Positions 1 through 11,184 of a stretch of 64,000 nucleotides of DNA are shown here, one piece after another (position 1 is the stretch's first letter; each line of letters begins with the position of its first letter). The stretch comes from Rhina ancylostomus (taxonomy: Eukaryota), in the NCBI GenBank assembly GCA_030265395.1, contig JARFYF010000104.1:78226436-78290435 (forward strand), read 5' to 3'. The notes beneath the pieces are model-generated. The model worked only from the letters and a program-made list of their open reading frames with translations, was not told the DNA's origin and searched no databases. The translations under genes were made by a program, and so were the position numbers.

Positions 1-257
1 AGTGTACCACCTCGCACTTCTCTGGATTGAACTCCATCTGCCACTTGTCTGCCCATCTCTGCACCCTATCAATATCCCTCTGTAAGCTCTGACAGCCCTC
101 CACATTATCCACAATACCGCCGATCTTAGTGTCATCTGCAAACTTACTAACCCAGCCTCCACCCCCTCATCTAAGTCATCTATAAATATAACAAAAAGTA
201 GAGGTCCCAGAACAGATCCCTGCGGGACACCGCTAGTCACAGCCCTCCAATCCGAAG
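1..257 (-). mobile_element. CR1 LINE reverse-transcriptase fragment, continuing off the window edge
   Basis: The minus strand reads approximately [82 protein letters not shown], with one frameshift near 160. It contains the [10 protein letters not shown] and FADD motifs of CR1 RT. Confidence 0.95.
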
Positions 258-264
258 AAATTTG

Positions 265-740
265 AAGAACCAAAGTGACTGAATTCCTATATGATTACTA
301 CATTGCACTGCAGTCAACAAATCTCACAGAGTTACTCATGGCAAGGAAATTGAGGTCAACTTTATTCCCAATATGAAAAGCAAAACTGAGAACAATTAAA
401 AATGAAGGAATATTATACCAAAAGTGTCAATCTAAGGAGCTGCATATCTGGAGATGAAGTATTTGCTTTTAACTTCAGGTTTGGACCAAAGTGGTTCCTG
501 CTGTGGTTGAGCAGAGTACAGGCTATTGTTATGTCTGGTCATTCTGGGAGATGGACAAGTCAGTTATGGCTCTCAGACCAAATATGATCTCTGTGAATAT
601 CGTGTTTGGAAAAATGCACTACCAACAGGCTTGGAAAATTTAAATAAACTTTCTAAAGAAGAACCTCAGCCTCCATTTTGTACCTTGAGATGTAACAACA
701 AACAAGTCATCCTCGATCCTAAGAGACTGCCGAAGAAGAA
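265..740 (+). mobile_element. Decayed Gypsy/Ty3 LTR-retrotransposon integrase C-terminal region
   Basis: Frameshifted pieces TELLMARKLRS, MKEYYTKSVNLRSCISGDEVFAFNFRFGPKW, LVILGDGQV..DQI and LRCNNKQVILDPKRL match the recalled Gypsy integrase tail pattern (SPAELLMGRRLRT...GDxVxVRNY..GPKW..G.VV..H.DQ...LRRS.R...P.RL). Confidence 0.7.
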
Positions 741-1699
741 GTGCATACTCTTAAAATTATTTCTGTAGAGCACAGTATAGTATGTTTTTTTGTCTTTACT
801 TTCTCCCTACTTTTGCAAGGTGAGGCTTTTTGATGGAATATTATTCCATGAATACAGGGCAACAAGTTTTATTTGAATCATACTCATAAGTTTAGAAATA
901 TTTCTGCATACAATGTAGGGTCAACAAGATCCATGTGAAGATGGGAAGGATCTGCAGGGAAAGAAATGTGAAAAGCACAATCAAGCAGACATACAATAAG
1001 AAAACCTTTAGAAGTGTTCTAAACGATCAGAAAGTTGTGGTTTGGGGAGAATATCTGTGCCTGAAGGGTTTGCCTACATTGAAGAATTAGAGGGAGTAAA
1101 GCAATAACCTAGCCTCAGATAATCAAGGAATACAAGTTAGAACATATATAGAGAGAGTTCTATTTAAATATATTATAGCGAATCTACGTGGTGACTTGGA
1201 AATGAGGGCATAGATCTTGAAATTGATTAGCTAGATGATGCATGACTTATTAGCATTATGGATGCAAAGACTGATATGGGTAAGAAAAATTAGGCCATGG
1301 AATTGTGTTTAAAAGCTGAATTAAATGGGAGATGGAGGAAGGTGGGGATGGGAGGGTGGGGGGAGAGGGCAGTAAGGAACAAGGAGGAAGATCTACATAC
1401 GTTCTACATTATGAATGTTTTAGGCCTTTGACAATGGAGAGGGAAAGGCAGTGCTGCAAGTTGGCAATAGTGCAGCAGATAAAAATATGCTCTTGGCATT
1501 CAACAGCTGCAGGGTAGGAGCGGAATGTGGAGGTTGCACAGCATGTAGTTTGAGTCAATGGAAAGCCAAGAAATTTAATAAAACTGAGCTAAATATGTTC
1601 AGGTGGTGGAATGAAGCAAAGCATACATAAGACATACAGAATCTTCTAAACTTATTTTTATTAAGATGCTCATAAATAATCTGAACTGCAGAACAGGAA

Positions 1700-1900
1700 G
1701 TCTGTGGTTGGATCTCTGATCTGTGTTGAGTTAGCTGCTGTCAGATGAACAGTGATGTTGATTTTAAGCTTGGTTTTAGCAGCCCAGGAGTAGGGACTGG
1801 AAAAGTTAGTCAGGTTTCCAACTTCTGATCAACATCCAATATTCCCTTCATTAAAGCTTGCTTGTGCAGTCAAAGAGCTCAGTTGTGACATTCTCTGACA
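1700..1900 (+). mobile_element. Old chondrichthyan SINE-like repeat, decayed
   Basis: TCTGTGTTGAGTTAGCTG...CCCAGGAGTAGGGACTGGAAAAGTTAGTCAGGTTTCC..CTGATC..CATCCA; a related copy lies at about 26540-26690. Confidence 0.5.
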
Positions 1901-1939
1901 TTTGCTGTCCAGAGGCCATGGAAGGGATATGGAAAAATG

Positions 1940-2250
1940 GAGGGCTATTAATGAGGCAAGAATGACAGAGACCATCCAGTAGGGATTAAAATAATCAAGT
2001 TTAGACAAGGGACACAGATAAGGATTTCAGTGACATTTGAGCAGAGTCAGGGCTTCAGTCAAGTGATTTTTCAGAAGTCTTAATGATAGACCAGGTAGGT
2101 GTTAAAAAACCTCATTTTGGGATCAAATATAACACACAGGTTGTAATCACAAATTTGATTTCAAACAGATGGAAAAGGAAGGAATCAGGAGCCAGGGAAT
2201 GGAGTTTGTGACAGCATTTATAGACAATGCCTTCAGTCATCCCAGGATTC
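1940..2250 (-). mobile_element. L2 LINE fragment
   Basis: Reverse-complement similarity to the L2 ORF2 3' portion also seen at 18850-19230 and 43110-43640. Confidence 0.55.
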
Positions 2251-2254
2251 ACAA

Positions 2255-2790
2255 TTCATGATTATTCTAATCTCTTGGCTGACCTACTATTCTCCATTTT
2301 TCATAAAAATCAGCTCTAGATCATAAAGATCGAGGTACCTGCATCTTTGTCCATGACCAGTTCTGCACACTTATTACCCTTTGCTAAGTGATCTACATTG
2401 GCTGCTGGTCTATTAATATCCTAAAGTTACAAAGCTAATCCTTTCATTTCGATCCCTTCATGGCTTCTCCCTTCCCAATCTGTGAAACCTAGTCCAGATC
2501 AATAGCACTTTGACTTTGATAGTTCTGCAAGTCTTCAGTTTTGGTCTCTTCTGAATTTCAAAATCTTGAAGTTTGGTCACTGCACCTTCCACTCCCTAGA
2601 TCCTAAGTTTTAGCCTTGCCCTTACATCTTTCCACCTTTTGATTAAGACACTCCTTACACTGCACTGCACCCCCAACTCTTTATTTGCCACTCATTTTTT
2701 TTACTTCTGTGTTAATTTTTATCTGATGAAGCTGCTCTAAAATGTTTTTCTATATTAAAGTTGCTATAAGAATACAAGCTGATGTTCTAA
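2255..2790 (+). mobile_element. L2 LINE 3' end
   Basis: Contains GATTATTCTAA (LDYSN-like region) and CTACATTGGCT (LHWL motif), with the tail TTCTATATTAAAGTTGCTATAAGAATACAAGCTGATGTT. Confidence 0.7.
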
Positions 2791-3419
2791 ATAAACTTAT
2801 CCCTCACAGTCCTGTGAAATTCATCTTTCAATAACCATAAAATCCATGATATATTCACAATTGTTGTTTATAAATTAGCCAGTCAGATGTATTACATGCC
2901 CTGAACTAATTTACTTGTTAAGAACGGATCTTATGAACACAGGGGAAACTTGGAATTGTGTTTACCAACATTGAAAGCAGATTTTAAGCAATTTTACATT
3001 TGTCAGGAAGTTCAACAAGGAATAGTTTCACAACCGGATCAAACAAATTCTCTCCTATACGCAATCAGAAATCAAAGTATTCTATTGCATGTGACACATC
3101 ATAAAGCAATGTTGCAACAAAGCTTAGGGTAATTCAGAGAAGTGCCTTCAAAATCTCCACTGCATAATAAACTGATACTTATTGCTCTTCAGAATGAAGA
3201 CACCCACTTTACTTGCGCATAGTCTACTAACTTCATTTTAATTGGAGCTCTGTATATATGTATTTTTATGGATTATGCTTTTAAAATCCTAGCTATTTAT
3301 TTTGAGGTAATGGAAAATATTTTTAATGGTGAGATGCTTTAGATAGATAGATTGACTGCAGTTCAATGCATGTAAATATGCAGTTTAGTAACTGCTTTCA
3401 GCTTATTTCATTGAGTCTT

Positions 3420-3810
3420 TTTAGTGGCAGGACATTGTTGCTTGTTTCACGCGGGCAGCTCCTGACGTTGCTTTAATTGTGTGCTTTTCTATTGAACTGA
3501 GGAACAGAAATCCACAGCTTGTCCCATCCCCCCGCAGCAATTCCATTCCACTCCTAACTGATTATGCAGCGACAAATTAACTTGCTTGCAAATGAATAAA
3601 AGGTCGTGGGGAGGGAAAAAAATCTAATGACAAATGGCCCGCAGCTAATGTCGCTGAAACCTATAAAAGCAAATAGTATTGAACAAATTGTCTTTTTTTC
3701 ACAGGGAGAATGTATTCAGGTCAGGAAATGTTTTACACAGTTCAGACAAGGGTCTACACCCGAACAGTTAACCTTCATTCTCCCTTTCAGATGCTAACGC
3801 ATTTACAATG
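3420..3810. promoter_or_regulatory. Repeat-free, CpG-retaining element: candidate conserved non-coding element or promoter
   Basis: A local cluster of CpGs in a CpG-depleted background, with CATTGTT (3433), CACGCG (3448), TGACGT (3463) and TATAAAAG (3662). Function is inferred only. Confidence 0.4.
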
Positions 3811-4029
3811 TATATGCACCATCTATTGTTTTAGCTTTTCATGTTTTACTATGTCCTTGAAAGGTGAAAAAAAACACTATTTCTTAGGGGATTAAAATTA
3901 TAATTCAAGCTAAAAAAAAGAGCCTCTTTGAATCATTTACTTGAATGCATATTTAGGGAAAAATCTACAGGGCAAAGTGTCCTGCTTTGGCTGGGTATAT
4001 AATGAGCAGCAGTTGTTTGTTCAAGCAAT

Positions 4030-4362
4030 ATAAGGCCTCATCCTTTCCCATCTCTATAATCTCCAGTCCTAGAACATTCTGAGATAACAATACTCCTCCG
4101 GTTCTGGCCTCTTGAACGTCCCCAGTTGTAATTGCATCATCATCAGTGTGGTGCCTTCAGCTGCCAAGGCCCTAAACCCTAGTATTCCCTCCCTAGGTGT
4201 CCTCCTTTAAGATATTTTTTTAAATAATACCTCTTTGACCATGTGTTTGGTCATCTGGAGTGGCTCAATGCCAGATTTCATTAATAGGGCTCTCATTAAG
4301 AACTTTAGGACATTTTGCCTGGTTTTGTTTTTCTATATTAAAGAAGCAACTTGTCATTGTTG
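4030..4362 (+). mobile_element. L2 LINE 3' end
   Basis: GGCCTC..CCCATCTCTATAATCTCC...GCCTTCAGCTGCCAAGGCCCTAA...TCCTCCTTTAAGA...CTCTTTGACCA...TTTGGTCATCTG; same family as 60700-61290. Confidence 0.8.
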
Positions 4363-4491
4363 TAAAACACATCAACCATAACAGATGTCAAAGCTAGAGT
4401 ATATAGAGGGCTGGTGATTCACTTACTTTATAACCTGCCAAAGTTGAAAGTCTTGCTCAAAATACATTTCCCCTTAAGTAAGAGTTTATAA

Positions 4492-4815
4492 AATGTGCAG
4501 AGTGGTACAGCAGGTAAGCTCCATGAAACAGTCACCCAGGCTCGATCCTGTGCTTTGGTGCTGTCTGTGTGGAATTTGCATGTTCTCCCTGTGACCACAT
4601 GAGTTTGCTCTGGGTGCTGTGATTTCCTCCCACATCCCAAAGATGTGCTGATTGTTAGGTTAATCAGCTATCATAAATTGCTCCTGGTGAAGGTGGGTGG
4701 TAGGAGAATAACAATGGGCATTTGTAAGAGAATAGTTTACAGCAAGAATAAGTCAGAGAATAGGATTGATGCAATTGCTTGGAGTCCAGACTGAATGATC
4801 TCTTTTTATGTCATT
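4492..4815 (+). mobile_element. V-SINE/HE1-type tRNA-derived SINE
   Basis: B-box-like GGCTCGATCC followed by the V-domain GTGTGGAATTTGCATGTTCTCCCTGTGACC...TTTCCTCCCACATCCCAAAGA. Confidence 0.85.
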
Positions 4816-5149
4816 ATGAAATAGAAAAATGAAGTCCTGTTACTTTACAGGTTAAACAGCAGTCATTTTGACATAGCAATGCCTTACAAAAGCAATGATC
4901 GATTACTGTGCTTTTAGTGGCATTTAAGACCCCCACCTGCACTTTCCAGTTTTGTGATGTTATTTTGACGAAAAACAGGGAATTTCTCCTGCCCAGTGTC
5001 ACTGAAGTAGGTCTGAAACTTGCAATGCACCGTAACAGGCATGTGACACACCACCAGCTGTTTCGGTCATGGGTCCAACATTTTCTCGAGTGCTACTGAA
5101 CCAACATTATACTTCTTTATTGGCATGCAAAGGTCAACATTGAAACAAG

Positions 5150-5460
5150 GATCAGGGTAAGGGTGAACCATCGGAGATTTGAATTAGAGAGTGGTGTGGG
5201 GGCGGGGAGGAAGGCGGGTGTTGCATGATCTATTGCAGCTTTGGGGACTGACGGATGGTGAGATCAGCAATTGGAGATTAAGGGACTGGAGGTGGGGGAA
5301 ATCAGGCTATTGGATTGTCAGGGCTATTGGACTATCAAGGGCTTGAGGCACTGAGGGTTGGGCCTTGGAACATCAATGGACCATGATCAATGGGGGATTG
5401 CCATTGGGGAGTCAGGGCCTTGAGGCATTGGAGGGTCATGGTTATCAGGATTTCAGATGT
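5150..5460 (+). repeat. G-rich degenerate tandem repeat
   Basis: Recurrent imperfect units such as TCAGG(G)CTATTGGA and GAGGCA(C/T)TG(G)AGGG. Confidence 0.45.
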
Positions 5461-5702
5461 TATTCAAGATATTGAATGATTGGATGGCAGGAAATTTGGA
5501 TGTCAAGTGATGACAGAGGTGTTGAGATGGTAGGCAGAGGAGGTGATTAATACTGTGGTAATGGTGTGCTGGGGAAAGGACAGGATGCCCTAAGGAAAGA
5601 ACATAGGTTTGGGACTTAGTGTGTTCCCATTCTGGCATTCCACAATGATACTGGGGTGACGTGAACCAGTATCCCCTGCAAAGCTCCAAAGGGAGAATTA
5701 CT

Positions 5703-5998
5703 TAAGATAAGCTGTCTTTATTAGTCACATGTACATCAAAACACACAGTGAAATTCATCTTTTGCGTAGAGTGTCCTGGGGACAGCCCGCAAGTGTTGCC
5801 ACGCTTCCGGCGCCAACATAGCATACCCACAACTTCCTAACCCATACATCTTTGGAATGCGGGAGGAAACCAGGGCACCTGGAGGAAGCCTACTCAAACA
5901 CAGGGAGAATGTACGAACTCCTTACAGACAGAGGCCGGAATTGAACCTGGGTCGCTGGCGCTGTAATAGCTTTACGCCAACCACTACACTACCGTGCC
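5703..5998 (-). mobile_element. Young, near full-length V-SINE with a Rex-like 3' tail
   Basis: The minus strand begins GGCACGGTAGTGTAGTGGTTGGCG (A box), carries the B box GGTTCAATTCC and the V-domain, and ends ...GATGTACATGTGACTAATAAAGACAGCTTATCTTA. It is closely similar to 38177-38445. Confidence 0.92.
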
Positions 5999-6159
5999 TG
6001 CTAATATGAACCTAAAGCTGTAATAACTTTGGACACACAAAAAGGTTAGCAAATTGTCAACTGAATTTCTAGAGTGAGGCAAAACAACCCAGAAATCATT
6101 CATATCAGTTTTCACTCCATCCAATGTAGATTTTCAATCACCTTACATTGAAATATACT

Positions 6160-6275
6160 GATATGTGATCACATTTTTAGTCCATTACCTCTTTGCAGCT
6201 GCTTGTGGGAGCTTGCTGTGCAGAAACAGAATATCACATTTCCAACATTTCAACAATCACTGTACATTTAGACAA
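6160..6275 (+). mobile_element. Deu-type SINE (SacSINE1/AmnSINE-like) 3' fragment
   Basis: TTGTGGGAGCTTGCTGTGCAGAAA...CACATTTCCAACATTTCAACAATCACT matches the recalled Deu-SINE 3' segment. Confidence 0.65.
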
Positions 6276-6372
6276 TGTAAGGATATTTATACCTTCATCC
6301 TTTCCAGTAAGAGTGGCTGACTTCCTGGCTGCTCATCATTTCAAGGATTTGTGAAAAAACTTTATTTAATGC

Positions 6373-6480
6373 ACAGTCCAGATGAAGCATCTCAACCCTA
6401 AATGTTGACTGTCCACTTCCTCCACAGGTGCTGCCCTGCCCGCTGAGTTCCTTCAGCAGCTCACTTATTTGCTCCAAATA
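6373..6480 (+). mobile_element. Penelope-like terminal repeat with a decayed hammerhead motif
   Basis: ACAGTC-CAGATGA-...-TAAATGTT-GACTGT, then GGTGCTGCCCTGCCCGCTGAGTTCCTTCAGCA. Confidence 0.8.
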
Positions 6481-7374
6481 AATGTATCTGACTGACTGAA
6501 AAGTGCTTCGAGACATTATGAAGGGTACCACGTAAGTGTAAGGGCCTTTATCTTGGATTGAGTGAAGAATATCGCCCAGGTCATCAGGATTCCTTGGTCT
6601 TTTCCAATGTACCGTGACCACTTGTAAAATCAGAACAGTTGAATGAAGTGTTCGGTTATTGTCATATCTGAAGGACAGTTCCACCTGTACTGGGTGAACA
6701 TTATAGCATTGTTTTTTGGCAATGTCAATAACCTCACACCTCATTTGTTAGGTTCATATCCTGACATAGGCTCACAACCTGACTCAAACATGCAACAGTT
6801 TGACTATGCTCAGGTTGTCTATACCTCTAACCCTTCCAGTGAGAGTGGCTGACTTCCTGGATCCTCATTATTTCCAGGATGTGTGAGAAGCCTGCAACAG
6901 TAGGTCAGGTTGTGTCTTGCAGCATAAGTCATGTTGGATCAAGGTTGCTGGTGGGAATCAGATTGTTTACTGCTAGTCGGGTCAGATAAAAGGCCAGCAG
7001 GGAAAATCAGATTGGGTCAAGGTAGTGTGTTGAACTCAGGTTGGGTCAAGGTGTTGGTCTGGGTTAGGGCAAGACAGACAGACAGTGCTGGGAAGTGGNN
7101 NNNNNNNNTGGCATTGGGCTACCAGCAGGATATGAGTCATTAACGTGACTTGAGTTTCTCTGGAGTTTTAGACAATAGCTATCTTCGAGCACGATCCACT
7201 GGTGAAAGAGTGCAGGAGAAACAATATGCTCAAAGACCTTAAAGTCAGAGATTGGCTTGTGTTCCCTGAATTTTGTGGAAATTGTAGGTTGGTGATCTTG
7301 CAAAATCCTCCAAGTCCACTGTCAGGATAAGTGAAGCAATATCAGCTAACATTCACAGTATTAAGGCTTGAGTT

Positions 7375-7640
7375 ATACTCATCCAGCTCCAACGGGCAGT
7401 CCACATCATTTACATGTCCAACATCAGACTCCCAGAATGCCATACTACCCCGAGCTCTATCACAGTAAGAGATTACCAGGAGAACAAAAGAAATGCTTCA
7501 AGCATTTTCTGAAAGTATCCCTGAAAAATGGAACATCTTTACAAACTCATGGGAAGCCTTGGCCCATGACTGATGAAAATGGAGAAGGAGCAGCAGAATT
7601 GCACTGAGAAGCTTAATTCTTTTTTGTCAGGAGTATACAG
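7375..7640 (+). mobile_element. RTE-clade (BovB-like) LINE 3' ORF fragment
   Basis: ORF pieces YPELYHSKRLPGEQKKCFKHFLKVSLK and SWEALAHD..KWRRS are typical of the RTE C-terminus. Confidence 0.85.
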
Positions 7641-9595
7641 TATTAGGAGAAGCCAGGAGGACCTATCATTTAGTTTGTTGGTCATTAAAAAAAGCTAAAA
7701 TTTTGACTCATCAATTAAATATTTGCATCTCATTCATATTGGGAGAAATTAAAGAAGAGGTAGTCTACTTGTTAAAACAAAATAATGACATGGATCAATT
7801 AATTGTTCGGTTTGTGCTTGTGCTATGCTTTAGTCACTTGAGGAGAAATTTTTTTAAACCACATTAGCAATCCGTGATTTTTCAAGTGGTATGTATGTTT
7901 CTTCACCTCAATGTATAATGGCGGAATTATCCATACATTCATCATTAAAGCTCAAAAAAAACCTGTTATATTTGGCAAAGTTTCCACAAAGCAGTAGCGT
8001 TCCAAATGTGTTCACCAAATGNNNNNNNNNNNNNNNNNNNNNNNNNNNNNNNNNNNNNNNNNNNNNNNNNNNNNNNNNNNNNNNNNNNNNNNNNNNNNNN
8101 NNNNNNNNNNNNNNNNNNNNNTCCACAAAGCAGGAGCGTTCCACATGTGTTCACCAAATGTAGTTGATGCATTTTAATTCTGAGAGTGTTTTGATATAGT
8201 TCAGTGTTATCTACATATTTCCCCATCCCCCTCTTTGAACTGACTAAGCTGCTTAGGCCAAGGCTAGGTTGATAAGCACAATGATAAAGTTTTAGCATGC
8301 TTTAGCCTGAGCTGGCAGATTGCCTAGAGAGCAGATCGTGTAGATTCTTGTCCCTGTGAGCAGTCTGGCTTCAGCATAATGGGCATCATTGAAATCACCA
8401 ACACGTACTGTAGGCAAGGTCAGAGTGCCTTTCAGTGCTGCAACAATAAACCAGTACAGCTCTTTAGACCCCATGTAGGAGAAGATGAGGGAGGGGATTG
8501 GTCAAAAGAGCAATTGGATATTTATCCTATTTTTTTTCTCAAAACAATTAGGGAAGAAAATAGAGGGAGAAACCTGAATAAAATGCATTAGAGTAGATTC
8601 TACATACTTCATAACAAACAGTTTCCTTCTGCATGTATTTTCTGGATATAGAGAGATGCGAATTTAGAATTTGAACATTATATATCATTGCCTGGTCTAT
8701 CTAGAAAATTCAGAAATGACAGTTCCAAGAGTCACCAATGACAATTTCCTGTAGGTGTGTTTTCATTTCTGGGGGAAAAAACCAACCTACGGAACTTCTA
8801 TTAAATATTTCTATATAGTAAATACCCTCCACACCCAAAATGTAATTGGCATTTTAATCTTAATATGATAAATCTCTGATAAGGAGAGACACTTTGCATA
8901 TATGAAGGTTGCCTGTACTTCAGTTATATTTGGTACTTTTTACCTATAACATCAGAATCACACTTTTCACTGAATCAATAAAATAATAATAAATTACAAA
9001 TAAGAATAACAGATGCCTGTCAGTTAGATAATTACAAGACTGTTTCCAGTGGAAATCGTAACCATTAGAATGAGCCTTAATCAGAATGCTAGTAGTATTC
9101 AAAAGCTGAGTGACTTTCTTATTCATTATTACTTATNNNNNNNNNNNNNNNNNNNNNNNNNNNNNNNNNNNNNNNNNNNNNNNNNNNNNNNNNNNNNNNN
9201 NNNNNNNNNNNNNNNNNNNNNNNNNNNNNNNNNNNNAATTGTATTCAGAATGAAATCTGAAGGCCAAACTAAAAACTTGGCAACTGGTTTTGGGGAAGAG
9301 CAGAACTAACAATTCAAAGTAAAATAACACAGTCCAGTTTTATTCATAACCAGCAGTTTTTTAGTTGACAGTTTTCCAAATTTAAGGAGCCTGGTTCAGA
9401 ACAGGAGATGTTTATTAATGATTTGGGACTGTTCAAAAGCTCAAAGAACTAGTAAGGAACTTTGAGAGAAAAGATCAGAGCAGTTGGATCCCATTATGAA
9501 TAAAATGGCAGATTAACTGCCTTTTAGGTGAAGCCAAAGCTAATTGAATAGCACCTCCAAACTCATGACCTCTACCATCCAGAAGGATAACATAC

Positions 9596-10250
9596 TTGGT
9601 AAATTGGTTTATTATTGTCACATGTACCAGTTTTGTATGGCATCCATACAGATCATTTCCCAACATCAGTGCATTGAGGTAGTACAAGGTAAAACAATAA
9701 CAAAATGCAGAATATGGTGTTACAGTTACAGAGGAAGTGCAGTGCAGGCAGACAATAAAGTGAAAGGTCATAACAAGGTAGATTGTGAGGCCAAGAGTCC
9801 ATCTTATCGTATAAGAGGTCCATTAAATAGTCTTAAAACAATGGGATAGAAGCTGTCCTTGAGCCTGGTGGTGCGTGCTTTCAGGTTTTTGTATCTTCTG
9901 CCTCATGGGAGAGGGGAGAAGAGAGAATGTCCGGGGTGGGTGGGGTCTTTGATTCTGCTGGCTGCCTTGCCAAGACAGTGAGAAGTATAGACAAAGTCAA
10001 TGTAGGGGAGGCTGGTTTCTGTGATGTGCTGAGCTGTCACAGAAATTCTCTGCAGTTTCTTGCAGTCCCGGGTAAACCAATTACCATACCAAGCTGTAAT
10101 GCATCCCAATAGGATGCTTTCTATGGTGCATCTGTAAAGATTGGTGAGTATCAAGGGGACACCAATGGGGCACAAGCTGTGGGGCATCAGTGTTGAGAAT
10201 AATCGTGCCGAAGGTTGTTGCTGCTTATTCTTACTGACTGCAGTCTGTTG
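9596..10250 (-). mobile_element. Rex1/Babar-type LINE 3' part
   Basis: ORF LTNLYRCTIESILLGCITAWYGNWFTRDCKKLQR...IKDPTHPGHSLFSPLP, with the 3' tail GTGACAATAATAAACCAATTTACCAA. Confidence 0.92.
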
Positions 10251-10715
10251 GCCCAGTTGTTTGCTGAGATACATATTTGGAAATACTGCAGCACTATTTC
10301 TTGAGAAATATGCAAATGGAAGACAAGAAGGAGAGAAATATAGGCAAACTATTAGCTGATGGAAGTATAAGCTCTTTAACAAATTTACTGACAACAGTTT
10401 CTAAAACTTTTCTGGAAATTAGATTTCACTGACTTTTTTGGATTAAGCTGTCAAAACATTTACCACTAATAGCCAATCAATCCCCCTGCGAAAAAGAGAG
10501 AAGTTGAAATAAAAAGAGGTTAAAGGCAATTTTCACTCTGAAATATGAACCACAGCAGATCTGAATTTTTCCTGACAGGAGTTGCTAAGATCCATGGGCA
10601 TGGTTCTTTTATGCTGAACTGTGCACAGGGAAAGTCAGTGGCCCTTAAAGGGTTTACCCCTCTAACCACCACAGATAAAGCTGCATAAAAGCCTACCATG
10701 GAGCATGGGCCAAAA

Positions 10716-11085
10716 ACTGAATCAAAATCAGAATTATTATCACTGACATATGACATGAAATTTGTTGTTTTGTGGCAGCAGTACAGTGCAAAGACATAAA
10801 AATCTATAAATTACAAAATAAATAGTGCAAAAAAAAGAGGAATATCAAAGTAGTGTTCATGGGTTCACGGACTGTTCCGAAATCTGGTGGCAGAGGGAAG
10901 AAGCTGTCCCTGAATCATTGAGGTTGGGTCTTCAGGCTCCTCCTGTACCTCCTCCTGATGGTGATGAGAAGAGGGCATGTCCACGATGGTGTGGGTCCTT
11001 AGTGATGGATACTGCCCCTTGAAGATGTCCTCGATGGTGGGGAGGGTCGTACCGTGGTGGAGCTGGCTGTGTCTATAACTCTTGG
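10716..11085 (-). mobile_element. Rex1/Babar-type LINE 3' end
   Basis: GTTLPTIEDIFK-type peptide and the tail CAGTGATAATAATTCTGATTTTGATTC; same subfamily as 24580-25243. Confidence 0.88.
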
Positions 11086-11184
11086 CAGTCTCTCCCACAC
11101 CCTTCTTCCCCATTCCCCAGGCTGAAATATTGTACTACAGTCATTCTGCAGTTGACCAGGACCGGGTTCCTGTTAATCAAAAAA

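Noticed and set aside
5930-5998. tRNA-like A/B boxes (also near 38190, 35960 and 4500)
   Set aside because: These are SINE heads, not tRNA genes, because each continues into a V-domain and a LINE-like tail.
6295-6744. 149-aa minus-strand ORF
   Set aside because: It reads through a Penelope-like repeat and has no recognisable domain, so it is most likely a chance ORF.
7982-8160. Apparent ~40-bp direct repeat (TCCACAAAGCAG.AGCGTTCCA.ATGTGTTCACCAAATG) on both sides of an N run
   Set aside because: It sits exactly at both edges of a ~100-N gap, consistent with unmerged overlapping contig ends. This is most likely an assembly artefact, not a tandem or CRISPR-like array.
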